Below, piece by piece: positions 10,462 through 20,663 of a stretch of DNA of 64,000 nucleotides. The stretch's first letter is position 1; each line of letters begins with the position of its first letter. The notes under the pieces were generated by a model. The model saw nothing but the letters and a program-made list of their open reading frames with translations. It was not told the DNA's origin and did not search any database. This DNA is from an uncultured Gemmatimonadaceae bacterium (GTDB lineage: Bacteria > Gemmatimonadota > Gemmatimonadetes > Gemmatimonadales > Gemmatimonadaceae): the NCBI GenBank assembly GCA_963716745.1, contig OY970320.1, forward strand, positions 3,104,001 through 3,168,000, written 5' to 3'. A program made the translations under genes and the position numbers.

Positions 10462-11405
10462 CCGCGCTCGTCCAGCTGCGCACGCCCAAGCGCACCGTCG
10501 CGCTCACGATCGACGGCGAGCAGGTGTCCGTGCCGGAGGGTTCGACGATCCTCGACGCGGCGGCCGCGATGGGCAAGTCGCTGCCCACGCTCTGCTATCT
10601 CGAAACACTGCACCCGGTGAACGCGTGCCGAGTGTGCGTGGTGGAGCTCGAGGGCTCACGCGTGCTCGTGCCCAGTTGCTCGCGCAAGGTGGAAGCGGGA
10701 ATGGTTGTGCGTACCAACAGCGAACGCGTGAAGCACAGCCGCAAGATGGTGCTCGAGTTCCTCGCGTCGAGCGTGGACCTCTCCACCACGCCGCACGTCT
10801 CCGAGTGGCTCGATGAGTACGACTGCCGGCCCGCGCGCTACGGTCCGCCGGCGCCCGCGGCCCAGGACGGCGCACGCGACGAGGTGCACACCGGCCATCA
10901 CGATGCGCCCGATCCCGCGTTCGCGGCCACCGTGCGTCAGCCGCTCAAGAACGACAACGAGCTCTACGTGCGCGATTACGGCAAGTGCATCCTGTGCTAC
11001 AAGTGCGTGGAAGCGTGCGGCACCGATTTCCAGAACACCTTCGCCATCGCCGTCGCGGGCCGTGGATTCGACGCGCGCATCTCCACCGAGTTCGCCACCC
11101 CGCTGCCGGGCTCGGCGTGCGTGTACTGCGGGAATTGCATCGCCGTGTGCCCCACGGGTGCGCTGATGTTCACGAGCGAACACACCAAGCGCGCCGACGG
11201 CACATGGGACGAATCGAAGCAGGCACAGGTGGACACGATCTGTCCGTACTGCGGTGTGGGCTGCACGCTCACGCTGCACGTGCAGGACAACGAGATCGTG
11301 AAAGTGACATCGCCCTTCGACGTGTCGATCACCGAGGGGAATCTCTGCATCAAGGGACGGTTCGGCTGGCGCTACGTGCAGTCGCGCGGCGACGCGCGCG
11401 CATGA
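10458..11405 (+). CDS. Iron-sulfur subunit equivalent to the N-terminal module of FdsA/NuoG (2Fe-2S, 2x4Fe-4S and the molybdopterin Fe4S4 domain)
   Basis: PTLC...ACRVCVV...PSC, CILCYKCVEAC, CVYCGNCIAVCPTGAL and terminal TICPYCGVGC...GNLCIKGRFG. Confidence 0.9.
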   Translation: MTALVQLRTPKRTVALTIDGEQVSVPEGSTILDAAAAMGKSLPTLCYLETLHPVNACRVCVVELEGSRVLVPSCSRKVEAGMVVRTNSERVKHSRKMVLEFLASSVDLSTTPHVSEWLDEYDCRPARYGPPAPAAQDGARDEVHTGHHDAPDPAFAATVRQPLKNDNELYVRDYGKCILCYKCVEACGTDFQNTFAIAVAGRGFDARISTEFATPLPGSACVYCGNCIAVCPTGALMFTSEHTKRADGTWDESKQAQVDTICPYCGVGCTLTLHVQDNEIVKVTSPFDVSITEGNLCIKGRFGWRYVQSRGDARA

Positions 11406-12254
11406 CGCTGCCCCCCGAGCTCACGCCGGGGCACCCGCTCTTCGGACTCGGCTACGCCAAGCCGCAACTCGAGCGCGAATTCGTGCGGCTCGATGAGGAC
11501 GGCGCGACGAAGGAGCATTCGAGCGTCGCGGAGGAAGTCCCCGTCGCGCTCGTGTACAACCAGCGTCCGCACGTCGTGATGATGGCGACGCCGGCCGACC
11601 TCGAAGATTTCGCGACGGGCTTCACCCTCTCCGAGGAGATCGTCGCGCGCGCGAGCGACATCGCGAGCGTGCGCGTGCAGCCATACAGCCAGGGCGTGGA
11701 GATCCAGATCACCATTCCTGCGAGCGCGGCGGCGGCGCTCGAGCAGCGCGGCCGCCAGCTCGTGGGACAAACGGGCTGTGGACTCTGCGGCGTGCAGACC
11801 ATCGCCGATGCACTCCGCCCCACGCGCGCCGTGACCGCCAAGTGGACGCTCCACGCGAGCGCAGTCTGGCGCGCCGAGGGCGCGCTGGCCGCGCGACAGG
11901 AACTGAACCAGAGCACCGGCGCCGTGCACGCCGCCGCGTGGGCCACGCGCGAGCGGCGAACTCACTGTCGTGCGCGAAGACGTCGGCCGCCACAACGCGC
12001 TCGACAAGGTGACCGGCGCCCTCGCGCGCGCCGGCACCGACGCGAGCGCGGGCTTCCTGGTGCTCACGAGTCGCGCGAGCTACGAATTGGTTCAGAAAGC
12101 CAGCGTCGCCGGCGTTCCCATTCTCGCGACGGTCTCGCGACCCACGGGTCTCGCGATCAGACTGGCCGAGGCTGCAGGGATCACGCTCATATCGTTGTTG
12201 CGCGGTTCCAGCGCGAACGTATACTCGCACCCCGAACGCGTGAGTAGTGCGTAG
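11402..12254 (+). CDS. fdhD: Formate dehydrogenase accessory sulfurtransferase; apparent frameshift near 11950
   Basis: MATPADLEDFATGF, GCGLCG, TGAVHAAA, REDVGRHNALDK and SRASYELVQK motifs. Confidence 0.92.
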
Positions 12255-12285
12255 GTCGCGCGCGCGTTGGTCATCGCGCGAAGAC

Positions 12286-12406
12286 GGCGGGCGGCGGTTC
12301 CCGGCTAGGCCGCTTTCGCTCGAACCGCTTCGAGCCTCGCGGCTGGACCGCGCCGCGAGTCTCTCGCTTCTCGCTGCCGCGGCTGCGCCGGGATCCGCCC
12401 CCCGCC
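12286..12406 (-). repeat. Hairpin repeat family A, copy 3
   Basis: Reverse complement of the core (CGGCTAGGCCGCTTTCGCTC...CTCTCGCTTCTCGCTGCCGCGGCTGCGCCG). Confidence 0.9.
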
Positions 12407-12503
12407 TCTGGATCGCGAACCGCGCGCAGCCCGCGAATGCGAGACCGGATCGCCGCGCTCTCCCGCTCGTTATGCGGCCATTTGGCGATTCAAGATCATC
12501 GCA

Positions 12504-12623
12504 GGGAGCGCCGCTGGCGTCGGCGCAGCCGCGGCAGCGAAAAGCGAGAGACTCGCGCGTAGTATGCGCGAGGCTCGAAGCGGTTTGAGCGAAAGCGGCC
12601 TAGCCGACGCCGGCGGCGCGACC
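12504..12623 (+). repeat. Hairpin repeat family A, copy 4
   Basis: GGGAGCG...core...CGCGACC. Confidence 0.9.
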
Positions 12624-12643
12624 GCGGCGCGATGTTCTAGGCC

Positions 12644-13744
12644 CTATGACAGCATCGCCGAGCCGAGATAAACAGCGAAGATCACGATGAGCACCGTGCC
12701 TTGGAGGATCGTCGTCTTCCCCGTGCGCAGCGCGAGTGCGGTCACGAAGAGCGAGAGGACGAGCAGCACCGTGCTCTTGCCGTCGATGCCGAGCGTGAGC
12801 GTGAGTCCGGTCGCGAGCGACACGATCGCGACTGCGGGGATCGTCAGCCCGATACTCGCGAGCGCGCTGCCGAGCGCGAGGTTGAGACTCGTCTGCAAGC
12901 GGTTCTGGCGCGCGGCGCGCACCGCGGCGATCCCCTCCGGCATGAGCACGACGCCAGCAATGATCACGCCGACCAGCGCCGGCGGCGCGCCCGCGCGCGC
13001 GACCGCGTCCTCGAGCGTGGGCGCGATCTTCTTCGCGAGCAGCACCACGGCCGCGAGACACACGAGCAGCAATGTCGCGCTGAGCGCGGTCGCGCGGTTC
13101 GACGGCGGCGGCGCGTCCACCGCGACGCCGCTCGGCGATGCCTCGAGGAAATAGCCGCGGTGGCGCACCGTCTGCACCAGCACGAAGGTCCCGTACAGCA
13201 CCAGCGAGACCAGCGCGATGAACGCGAGCTGTCCCGGCCCATACACCGGACCGGCCACGTGCGTGTCGTAATTGGGAAGGATGAGCGTGAGCACCGCGAT
13301 CGTCGCGAGCGTCGTGAGCGCGCCCGTGACGCCATCGATGCCGAACGTCTGCTCGCGATGCCGCATGGCGCCCACGAGCAGGCACATCCCGACCATGCCG
13401 GTGAGGATGATCATGAGCGTCGCGAACACCGTGTCGCGTGCGAGCGCGGCGGTGGCCGCGCCGCCCGCGATCATGAGCGACACGATGAGCGCGACCTCGA
13501 TGAGCGTCACCGCGATCGCGAGCACGAGCGTCCCGAAGGGCTCGCCCACGCGATGCGCTACCGCCTCGGCATGGTGCACCGCGGCGAGCACCGCTCCCAC
13601 GAGCGCGAGCGCGAGCACCACTACGAACCACGCGCCCGTGATCGCCAGCGCCGCCACTATCATCCCCCACGCCACCACCGGCGCCGCGATCGTCCACTTC
13701 GGCAAATGCGCGACACCGGGCGTCGTCTCTTGGTCTTCAGCCAT
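12644..13744 (-). CDS. chaA: Ca2+/H+ (Na+/H+) antiporter, CaCA family
   Basis: HHAEAVAHRVGEPFGTLVLAIAVTLIEV and MPEG...NLALGSALASIGLTIPAV alpha repeats. Confidence 0.88.
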   Translation of the reverse strand: MAEDQETTPGVAHLPKWTIAAPVVAWGMIVAALAITGAWFVVVLALALVGAVLAAVHHAEAVAHRVGEPFGTLVLAIAVTLIEVALIVSLMIAGGAATAALARDTVFATLMIILTGMVGMCLLVGAMRHREQTFGIDGVTGALTTLATIAVLTLILPNYDTHVAGPVYGPGQLAFIALVSLVLYGTFVLVQTVRHRGYFLEASPSGVAVDAPPPSNRATALSATLLLVCLAAVVLLAKKIAPTLEDAVARAGAPPALVGVIIAGVVLMPEGIAAVRAARQNRLQTSLNLALGSALASIGLTIPAVAIVSLATGLTLTLGIDGKSTVLLVLSLFVTALALRTGKTTILQGTVLIVIFAVYLGSAMLS

Positions 13745-13875
13745 GCGAGATAACCTAGCGCGTCAGGTGGATCATTGCAGTCAGCGCGCGCGAAGCGACC
13801 AGACCGCCGATCGCGCCTCATCGCATGGGTTGCGGCAATAGCACCCCGCCGAAACCATTGACGCGATCACGATCA

Positions 13876-13993
13876 GGGAGCGAGCGAGCGGTCGGCGCAG
13901 CCGCGATAGCGAAAAGCGAGAGACTCGCGGCGGTATCGCGAGGCTCGAAGCGGTTTGAGCGAAAGCGGCCTAGCCGACCGCTCGCTCGCGACC
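13876..13993 (+). repeat. Hairpin repeat family A, copy 5
   Basis: Core plus arms AGCGAGCGGTCGGC / GCCGACCGCTCGCT. Confidence 0.9.
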
Positions 13994-14196
13994 GGCCGCG
14001 CGATGACCCCGAACCTTGCAAGCAATTCGGGGTTATACTAGATACAAGAAGAATCGGACCGGTGCGGTCGACCGGTCCCCCGGACGTGCGAGGCTTGTCT
14101 CGCAAGTCGAGGGCGCAGGCGAGGCTCCCAGCGATGGGGCCGGCCGGCGCCCTTTTTCATTCGTGCACCTTCACCTCTCAACGAGGCGATCGATAC

Positions 14197-15975
14197 ATGC
14201 GAGTCTTCACCAAGGAACTCACCGCGATCGCGCTGGCGGCCGCCGTCCAGATGACGCTGCCGCCGTCGCTCTACGCCGATCCGCCGGCGCGCGTGGCGCG
14301 CATCAGCTTCGTTACGGGCGACGCATCGCTCCGCCATGGTACGTCGGGCGACTGGATGGCGTTCATGATGAACTATCCAGTGACCACCGGCGACGAACTC
14401 TGGGTCGACGCCGGCGGACGCTCGGAACTCCACTTCGGCTCGTCCGCGCTCCGGCTCGGCGAGCGTACGGCACTGTCATTCGTGCTGCTCGAGGACGATC
14501 GCGTCGTGCTGCGCCTCACGCAGGGCGAGATCTCGCTGCGCGTGCGCTCGCTCGATGAGAGCGATCACATGGAGATCGAGACGCCGACATCCACCGTGTC
14601 CGTCATGCGCCCCGGGGACTATCGGCTCACCGTGGACTCGTTGGGACTGAGTACGCTGGTCGCCGTGCGCGTCGGCGATGCGCAGGTCGCATCGTCCGGG
14701 GGAACCTATGAAGTGCTCGCGGGTCACGTGGGCCTCGCGTCGAGCGATCCGAATACGCCGTTCGATGTCCGGCCGCTGCCGGTGGAGCCGGCCGATGAAT
14801 TCGACGCCTGGGCGCAGTCGCGGGCGCGCGCCGAGGATGCGTCACCATCGGGCCGCTATGTGTCGATGGAGATGACGGGGTACGAAGCGCTCGACGCATA
14901 CGGACATTGGGAGGAGACGCCCGATTACGGCGAGGTGTGGGTCCCGTCGAACGTCGGCGACGATTGGGCGCCGTATCGCGTGGGCCGCTGGGTGTGGGTG
15001 GATCCGTGGGGATGGACGTGGATCGATGCGGAGCCGTGGGGCTTTGCGCCGTTCCACTATGGACGATGGGCGCGCTACGGCGGCGTATGGGTCTGGGCGC
15101 CGGGCGTGCGCGTCGCGCGGCCGGTGTACGCGCCCGCGCTGGTGGCCTTTGTTGGGGGAGGGACGTGGAGCGTGTCGGCCCGGTTCGGCCCGGCGGGAGG
15201 CGTCGCGTGGTTCCCGCTGGCGCCCGGCGAACCGTGGGTGCCGTCATATCACGCGAGCACGACGTACGTGAGGAACGTGAACATCACGAACGTGCACGTC
15301 ACGAACATCAACGTGACGAACGTGAACGTGCAGAACATCCACTATAAGAACGTGCAGGTCGCCGGCGCCGTGACGGCGGTGCCGCGCGAGACCTTCGTCT
15401 CCGCGAAGCCGGTGCGCGCTGCGGCGGTGCCGCTGCAGCCGCAGGACGTACGGCAGATCCAGGTGGTGGCGCACGCGCCGCCGGTGACCCCGAGCCCGGC
15501 GAGCCGGATCACTCCGGTCTCCGCGCATCCCGCCGCGCCGCCGCCACGCGTTGCGACGCACATCACGGAGTTGCACGCGGAGCCTCCACCGCACCCGGCG
15601 CCGGCAGCCGCACCGGCCGTTCCGCCAACACGAATGAACGGCCCGGGCACCGCCGTACGCGTGCCCGTGGATCCGCGTCCGCGCGCCGACATCATCGCGC
15701 AGCAGCGCGCGGTGCAATCACGCCAGGTACTCGAACACGCGCAGCTGCAGGACAAACATCTCCAGGAAAAAGCGAGCGCGCCGAAGGGCCAAGTGCCGCC
15801 CCAGATGCAGTCGCGCCAGCAGAAGGAGACCCAGACGATGGAAGCGCGCCACGCCACTGAGAACGCGCCCAAGCACCCGGTGTCGCCCGCGAAGGTAGCG
15901 CCGCCACCGAAACCCGTGCCGGCGCACGCGCCGCCGCCCAAACCGAAGGAGGAGCCGAAGCCGCCGACGCGTTAG
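14197..15975 (+). CDS. Secreted FecR-like / DUF6600-type protein with a Pro-rich tail
   Basis: Signal peptide, DPPARVARIS, then YGEVWVP...WAPYRVGRW...PWGFAPFHYGRW...WFPLAPGE and NVTNV repeats. Confidence 0.75.
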   Translation: MRVFTKELTAIALAAAVQMTLPPSLYADPPARVARISFVTGDASLRHGTSGDWMAFMMNYPVTTGDELWVDAGGRSELHFGSSALRLGERTALSFVLLEDDRVVLRLTQGEISLRVRSLDESDHMEIETPTSTVSVMRPGDYRLTVDSLGLSTLVAVRVGDAQVASSGGTYEVLAGHVGLASSDPNTPFDVRPLPVEPADEFDAWAQSRARAEDASPSGRYVSMEMTGYEALDAYGHWEETPDYGEVWVPSNVGDDWAPYRVGRWVWVDPWGWTWIDAEPWGFAPFHYGRWARYGGVWVWAPGVRVARPVYAPALVAFVGGGTWSVSARFGPAGGVAWFPLAPGEPWVPSYHASTTYVRNVNITNVHVTNINVTNVNVQNIHYKNVQVAGAVTAVPRETFVSAKPVRAAAVPLQPQDVRQIQVVAHAPPVTPSPASRITPVSAHPAAPPPRVATHITELHAEPPPHPAPAAAPAVPPTRMNGPGTAVRVPVDPRPRADIIAQQRAVQSRQVLEHAQLQDKHLQEKASAPKGQVPPQMQSRQQKETQTMEARHATENAPKHPVSPAKVAPPPKPVPAHAPPPKPKEEPKPPTR

Positions 15976-16007
15976 CTCAACCGGCCGTCAGCTTCGTGTT
16001 CGAGAAA

Positions 16008-16052
16008 GCCGGCCGGCCGCGCACCCAGTGAGTTGCGCGGCCGGCCGCCTTC
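16008..16052. terminator. GC-rich hairpin between convergent genes
   Basis: CGGCCGGCCGCGCA...TGCGCGGCCGGCCG inverted repeat. Confidence 0.4.
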
Positions 16053-16083
16053 GCGGTCAGCCGAGCAGGCGAGATCGACGGCA

Positions 16084-16202
16084 GGGAGCGCCGCCGCCTC
16101 CGGCGCAGCCGCGATAGCGAAAGCGAGAGCCTCGCGCGCAGTGTGCGCGAGGCTCGAAGCGGTTTGAGCGAAAGCGGCCTAGCCGGAGACGGCGTCGCGA
16201 CC
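16084..16202 (+). repeat. Hairpin repeat family A, copy 6
   Basis: GGGAGCG...core...CGCGACC. Confidence 0.9.
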
Positions 16203-16220
16203 GAGCGCGCGACCGAAGTT

Positions 16221-16991
16221 CTACTCGCGTGGCTCCGATCGATAGATGGGCCCGAGCTTCTCAACGGCCGACGTGCGCAGGAGCCGGAAGAACAGCGCGC
16301 GCAATTCGAAATGCAGGTTCTCGATCATGTCCTCGCGCTCCTTCCAGAAATCGTCGTCGATGCCGAGCTGGCGGCGGCACTCGATCGAGAGCGTGAGCCC
16401 GTTCACATCGGGATCCGGATCGATGAACGCGCCCATCGGGTTCGGCTGGATCTCCACCACGCGCGAATACGTCTCGTCGTTCAGCTCGACGCGCAGGTGC
16501 ATGCCGCGCTCGGGCACCGGCTCGCCGTTCATGCGCACATCCACGCGCAGTCCTTCCAGCTGCCGCTCCGGCATCTCGCGCAGCACGTTCACGAACTTCA
16601 GCGAGATGCGCTCCACCGCGCCCACCATCTTGCTCGCCCGCAGCGCGTCGGTGAGCGCCTCGATGCGGTCGCGCACTTCGTCCCACCCGGGATACGGCGC
16701 CACGAGCCGCAGCCACACCGCCTGATCGCCCACCATGACCGCCGCGAGGGGACTGAACTGACGGATCCGCGGCTGGTATCGCATCTCTTCCTGCGTCTTC
16801 CGGAATTGCGCGGGCGCTGCCGACACCGGGATCGACTCCGAGCGCGGATACGCCTCGGTGAGCACGGTGCGGAAATACGCCGGCAAACCCTCGGCTTTGT
16901 CGCCGCTCAGCGGCTTGAAGCGCAGCTCGAACGTGGCCTCCTCGATCGGCGGCCGCGCGAGTTCCTGCGGGAGAAGATATTTGTTGGACAC
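16221..16991 (-). CDS. TIGR04255-like hypothetical protein
   Basis: N-terminal [17 protein letters not shown]-like segment and [10 protein letters not shown] pattern. Confidence 0.6.
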   Translation of the reverse strand: MSNKYLLPQELARPPIEEATFELRFKPLSGDKAEGLPAYFRTVLTEAYPRSESIPVSAAPAQFRKTQEEMRYQPRIRQFSPLAAVMVGDQAVWLRLVAPYPGWDEVRDRIEALTDALRASKMVGAVERISLKFVNVLREMPERQLEGLRVDVRMNGEPVPERGMHLRVELNDETYSRVVEIQPNPMGAFIDPDPDVNGLTLSIECRRQLGIDDDFWKEREDMIENLHFELRALFFRLLRTSAVEKLGPIYRSEPRE

Positions 16992-17041
16992 GCCAAGAAC
17001 CTATCCCGCGCCCGCGGGTCGTGCCAGCCGCGCGGCTGCGT

Positions 17042-17725
17042 TCAGCGGGGCCCGAGCCGCGCGCGCAGTGCCCGCTCGCCGGCGGGGGAGACCATGACCG
17101 CGCGCGAGCCGCGATGCGGCCGCGCCCACCCGAGGGCGTAGAGGCGCCGGAGCATCGCGGCGCCGAGCGCGCCGGCGAGATGATGGCGGCGCGCACTCCA
17201 GTCGAGACACGCGAGACACAGCGGCCGCCGGCTCCGCTCGAGCGCCGCGAGGTCGATCCCCAGTTCGAGAAATGCTCTCGCGCCGGATTCGGTGAGTCTC
17301 ACGGTGGTGCCCGCGGACCGCAGCCATCCACGCTGGTGCATGCCGTCGTACACGAGCACGCCGAACTCTCCCGCCAGATGGTCGTAGCACACGCGCGCGC
17401 GGCGGAGCGCCGGGTCGGTCGGGCCGGAGTCCACGCGTACGGCACCCGCGCGATGTGCGAGCGTGCCGAGGCGTTCGATCACGGACGCGACGTCGTGCGA
17501 CGCGACGCGGAAATAGCGGTAGCGGCCGGCGTTCTCCACGGCCACGAGGTGCGCGCGCTCCAGCTTCCCGAGATGCGAGCTGGCCGTCGGCTTGGAAACG
17601 CGCGCGGCGCGCGCGAGTTCGGTGGCGGTGAGCGCGCGGCCGGACATGAGGGCGAGCAGGATCGTGGCGCGCGCGCGGTCGCCGATGAGCGCGGCGATCG
17701 CCGCGATGTCCGGGGTGTCGTCCAT
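17042..17725 (-). CDS. ArsR-family transcriptional regulator (long form with CYDH and CLDW motifs)
   Basis: TATELA...[19 protein letters not shown] and [13 protein letters not shown]. Confidence 0.88.
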   Translation of the reverse strand: MDDTPDIAAIAALIGDRARATILLALMSGRALTATELARAARVSKPTASSHLGKLERAHLVAVENAGRYRYFRVASHDVASVIERLGTLAHRAGAVRVDSGPTDPALRRARVCYDHLAGEFGVLVYDGMHQRGWLRSAGTTVRLTESGARAFLELGIDLAALERSRRPLCLACLDWSARRHHLAGALGAAMLRRLYALGWARPHRGSRAVMVSPAGERALRARLGPR

Positions 17726-17776
17726 GGTTCCATTGTAGTCGAACCATTAGCGAGAGGCAATGCGCCATCATCCGGC

Positions 17777-18200
17777 ATGGACCCACTCGACCCGATCGTT
17801 CCCCGCCGCGGGTTCCTCGGCCGACTCGCCGCCGGCGCGGCCGCGCTGGCCGGCATGCCTCTCTCTTCGCGCGGAGCCGCCATGCAAGTCACCTGCTTCA
17901 TCCGCTATGAGATCGACCCCGTGCAGCGCGACGCGTTCGCCGAGTATGCCGACCGGTGGGCGAAGATCATCCCGCGCTGCGGCGGCGATCTCATCGGGTA
18001 TTTCCTGCCGTACGAGGGGACGAACTACGTAGGCTTCGCGCTCATTTCGTTCAACTCTCTCGCGGCATACGAGCAATACCGCGCGCGGCTGCGCGGCGAT
18101 GCCGATGCGCAAGCGAACTTCGGTTTCGCTCAGTCGAAGCGGTTCATCCTGAAGGAGGAACAGGACGTTCCTGCAGGGAGTGCCGAGCACGATGAAGTGA
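17777..18200 (+). CDS. NIPSNAP-family protein with a possible Tat-type leader (alternative start at 17882); apparent frameshift near 18160
   Basis: [10 protein letters not shown]...GYFLPYEG...[12 protein letters not shown]; corrected C-terminus [17 protein letters not shown]. Confidence 0.8.
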
Positions 18201-18214
18201 CTTACCTTTCGCCA

Positions 18215-18703
18215 ATGGCCGAGGAAACTCCGGACTATCGCGCGCTGCCCAAGCGCGCCGCGTATGATGCGCTCGCCGCGAACGTGCGCGCCGTGCTCGA
18301 TGGCGTGCGCGATCCCATCACCGCGATGGCGACGGTGAGCGCGCTCGCGCACCACGGCTTCGGATTCCTGTGGACGGGTTTCTATCGCGTGGTCGAGCCC
18401 GGTCGGCTGCTGCAGGTCGGCCCGTACCAAGGCACGCTCGGCTGCATCGATATCACATTCGGGCGTGGCGTGTGCGGCACCGCGGCCGCCGAGCGACGCA
18501 CCGTGATCGTGCCCGACGTGAACGCGTTCCCGGGTCACATCGCGTGCGACGCCCGCGCGCGTTCGGAGATCGTGGTTCCCGTATTCGATGCATCGCGCGC
18601 ACTGATCGCGGTGCTCGACGTGGACAGCGATCGCGTGGGCGCCTTCGACGATGACGATCGCGCGGGATTGGAGCGCGTGGTCGAGTGGTTCGCGCAGCCA
18701 TGA
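18215..18703 (+). CDS. GAF-domain protein, free methionine-R-sulfoxide reductase-like
   Basis: [34 protein letters not shown] and VLDVDS motifs. Confidence 0.85.
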   Translation: MAEETPDYRALPKRAAYDALAANVRAVLDGVRDPITAMATVSALAHHGFGFLWTGFYRVVEPGRLLQVGPYQGTLGCIDITFGRGVCGTAAAERRTVIVPDVNAFPGHIACDARARSEIVVPVFDASRALIAVLDVDSDRVGAFDDDDRAGLERVVEWFAQP

Positions 18704-19518
18704 GCCTCATCTCACCGCGCGCGCAGCGTTTTCGCGAACTCCACGCGTCGGGCTGCTTCGTGATGCCCAACCCATGGGACCCGGGCAGCGCGCGCCTCCT
18801 CGCGCAACTCGGATTCCCGGCGATCGCCACCACGAGCTCCGGATTCGCGTGGAGCCGAGGCCGCTCGGACAATCACGTGCCGCTGCGCGAGATGCTCGAT
18901 CATCTCCGGTCCATCGCGGCTGCGGTGGATATTCCCGTGAACGCCGATTTCGAGGGCGGCTTCGCCGTGGGGCCGGTGGAGGTCGCGCGGAACGTTGGGT
19001 TGGCCGCCGTGACGGGCGTCGCCGGCCTTTCGATCGAGGATTCCACCGGCGATCCGGCGGACCCGCTCTTCGATTTCGCGCTCTCGGTGGATCGCATGCG
19101 TGCGGCGCGCCGCGCGATCGACGACGTGGGCACCGGCGTCGTGCTCACGGGGCGCTCCGAGGGATTCATCGTCGGCCGGCCCGATCTCGACGAGACCATT
19201 CGGCGCCTCGTCGCGTACGCCGGCGCCGGCGCGGATTGTCTCTACGCGCCCGGCATCAAGACGAAGGCGGAGATCGCCGCGGTCGTGAAGGCCGTCGCGC
19301 CGAAGCCGGTGAATGTCCTCGTCGGCGGCGATTTCACCACCGTCGCCGACCTCGCCGCGCTCGGCGTGCGCCGCATCAGCACCGGCGGCGCGCTCGCGCG
19401 CGCGGCGTGGGGCGCGTTCCTCGCGGCCGCGCGCGAGATCGAAGGGCAGGGGACGTTCGGCGCACTCACGCGCGGCGTGCCCTTTGACGAGATCGATCGG
19501 TCGTTCGCAGATTCGTGA
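18700..19518 (+). CDS. Isocitrate lyase / PEP mutase family protein
   Basis: PNPWD, ATTSSG, NADFEGG, SIED and [10 protein letters not shown] motifs. Confidence 0.88.
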   Translation: MSLISPRAQRFRELHASGCFVMPNPWDPGSARLLAQLGFPAIATTSSGFAWSRGRSDNHVPLREMLDHLRSIAAAVDIPVNADFEGGFAVGPVEVARNVGLAAVTGVAGLSIEDSTGDPADPLFDFALSVDRMRAARRAIDDVGTGVVLTGRSEGFIVGRPDLDETIRRLVAYAGAGADCLYAPGIKTKAEIAAVVKAVAPKPVNVLVGGDFTTVADLAALGVRRISTGGALARAAWGAFLAAAREIEGQGTFGALTRGVPFDEIDRSFADS

Positions 19519-19519
19519 C

Positions 19520-20134
19520 ATGATGCACGCCTACAGTTTCAGCGAGAACGTGCGCCGCGTGTTGGCGGAGGCTCGCGACGTGGCGTCGAGCCGGCGCCAG
19601 GAGTTCGTGATGCCGGATGACATGTTCGTGGCGCTGTCGCGCGCAACGAAATGCAGCGCGGTCCGGGTTCTCCAGGAGATGGGCGTCGATGTGCTCGGGA
19701 TCGCGGGGAAAGTGGAGGCTCGGAAGACGGTCGGTATTGCGTCACGGCCGACCGGACCCGATTTGCCCTACACGACGCGCGCGAAGACGGCGCTCGAGCT
19801 CGCGATGAAGGAGGCGGGCGAGTTGCAGCATAGCTTCGTCGGCACCGAGCATCTCCTGCTCGGCTTGATCAGCGAGGGGCAGAGCGATGCGGCAAAGGCT
19901 CTCCTTGCTGCGGGGGCGACGCTTGAGCGCACGCGCGCCGCCGTCGCGGACGCAGCGCTGCGGCGTGAGCCTGATGCACCCGGCATCGAGATCGGCGTTG
20001 GCCGGACCAGCACGGCCTCGCCGCTCAGGAGTGTCACGATCCTCGTGGAGCACGCCGATGGCCGTCTCGAGGCGGTACGCTTCGACCGCATCCAGGATGC
20101 GCTGCAGTTCTTGTTGAAGAACGCTGGATCCTGA
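19520..20134 (+). CDS. Stand-alone Clp protease N-terminal domain protein
   Basis: LPYTTRAKTALELAMKEA...HSFVGTEHLLLGL matches ClpC N-terminal repeats; no AAA+ domain. Confidence 0.8.
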   Translation: MMHAYSFSENVRRVLAEARDVASSRRQEFVMPDDMFVALSRATKCSAVRVLQEMGVDVLGIAGKVEARKTVGIASRPTGPDLPYTTRAKTALELAMKEAGELQHSFVGTEHLLLGLISEGQSDAAKALLAAGATLERTRAAVADAALRREPDAPGIEIGVGRTSTASPLRSVTILVEHADGRLEAVRFDRIQDALQFLLKNAGS

Positions 20135-20139
20135 ATGAC

Positions 20140-20601
20140 ATGCTCCGTCTAACGCTCGCGGTACTCCACCTGCTCGCCCTCGCGATCGGGTTCCGCGCGG
20201 TGATCGCGCGGGGGGTCGCGCTCCGTGAGCGCGTGACCGCCGATTCGCTCAAACGCGCCTTCCGCGCCGACAGCGAGTGGGGGATCGCCGCGCTGCTCTG
20301 GATCTCCACCGGCCTCTGGCGCTATCTGGCCGGCACCGAAAAGATGACGAACTACTATAACAAGAACGAGCTGTTCCGTACCAAGATGGCACTGCTCGTG
20401 CTCATCCTCGCGCTCGAGATGTGGCCGATGATCACGCTCATCCGCTGGCGCATTGCGCTCGGCCGCGGCGGGGCGCCCGCCAACGTCGTTTCCGAGAGCC
20501 GGGCACGCCGGATCGGGGCGATCAGCTTCATCCAGGCGGCGCTCGTGGTGCTCATGGTGTGCGCGGCCGTAGGCATGGCGCGCGGCTTCGGAACGCACTG
20601 A
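20140..20601 (+). CDS. DUF2214-family membrane protein
   Basis: LHLLAL, AD..WGIAALLWISTGLWR, EK...Y, LEMWPM and MARGFG pattern. Confidence 0.75.
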   Translation: MLRLTLAVLHLLALAIGFRAVIARGVALRERVTADSLKRAFRADSEWGIAALLWISTGLWRYLAGTEKMTNYYNKNELFRTKMALLVLILALEMWPMITLIRWRIALGRGGAPANVVSESRARRIGAISFIQAALVVLMVCAAVGMARGFGTH

Positions 20602-20663
20602 TGCTTGACGGAGCGGCCGCTCCGCATAACACTGCAGGCGTCCTCGCTCCCGGGAGCGCCCCC

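Noticed and set aside
7677..11405. 1242-aa giant FDH-NuoEF-FeS fusion ORF
   Set aside because: It contains out-of-frame linker text at junctions where RBS/start and ATGA overlaps are visible; it is an artefact of indels.
17021..18703. 560-aa NIPSNAP-GAF fusion ORF
   Set aside because: The N-terminus is antisense to the ArsR gene, and the NIPSNAP end is restored by a one-base correction near 18160.
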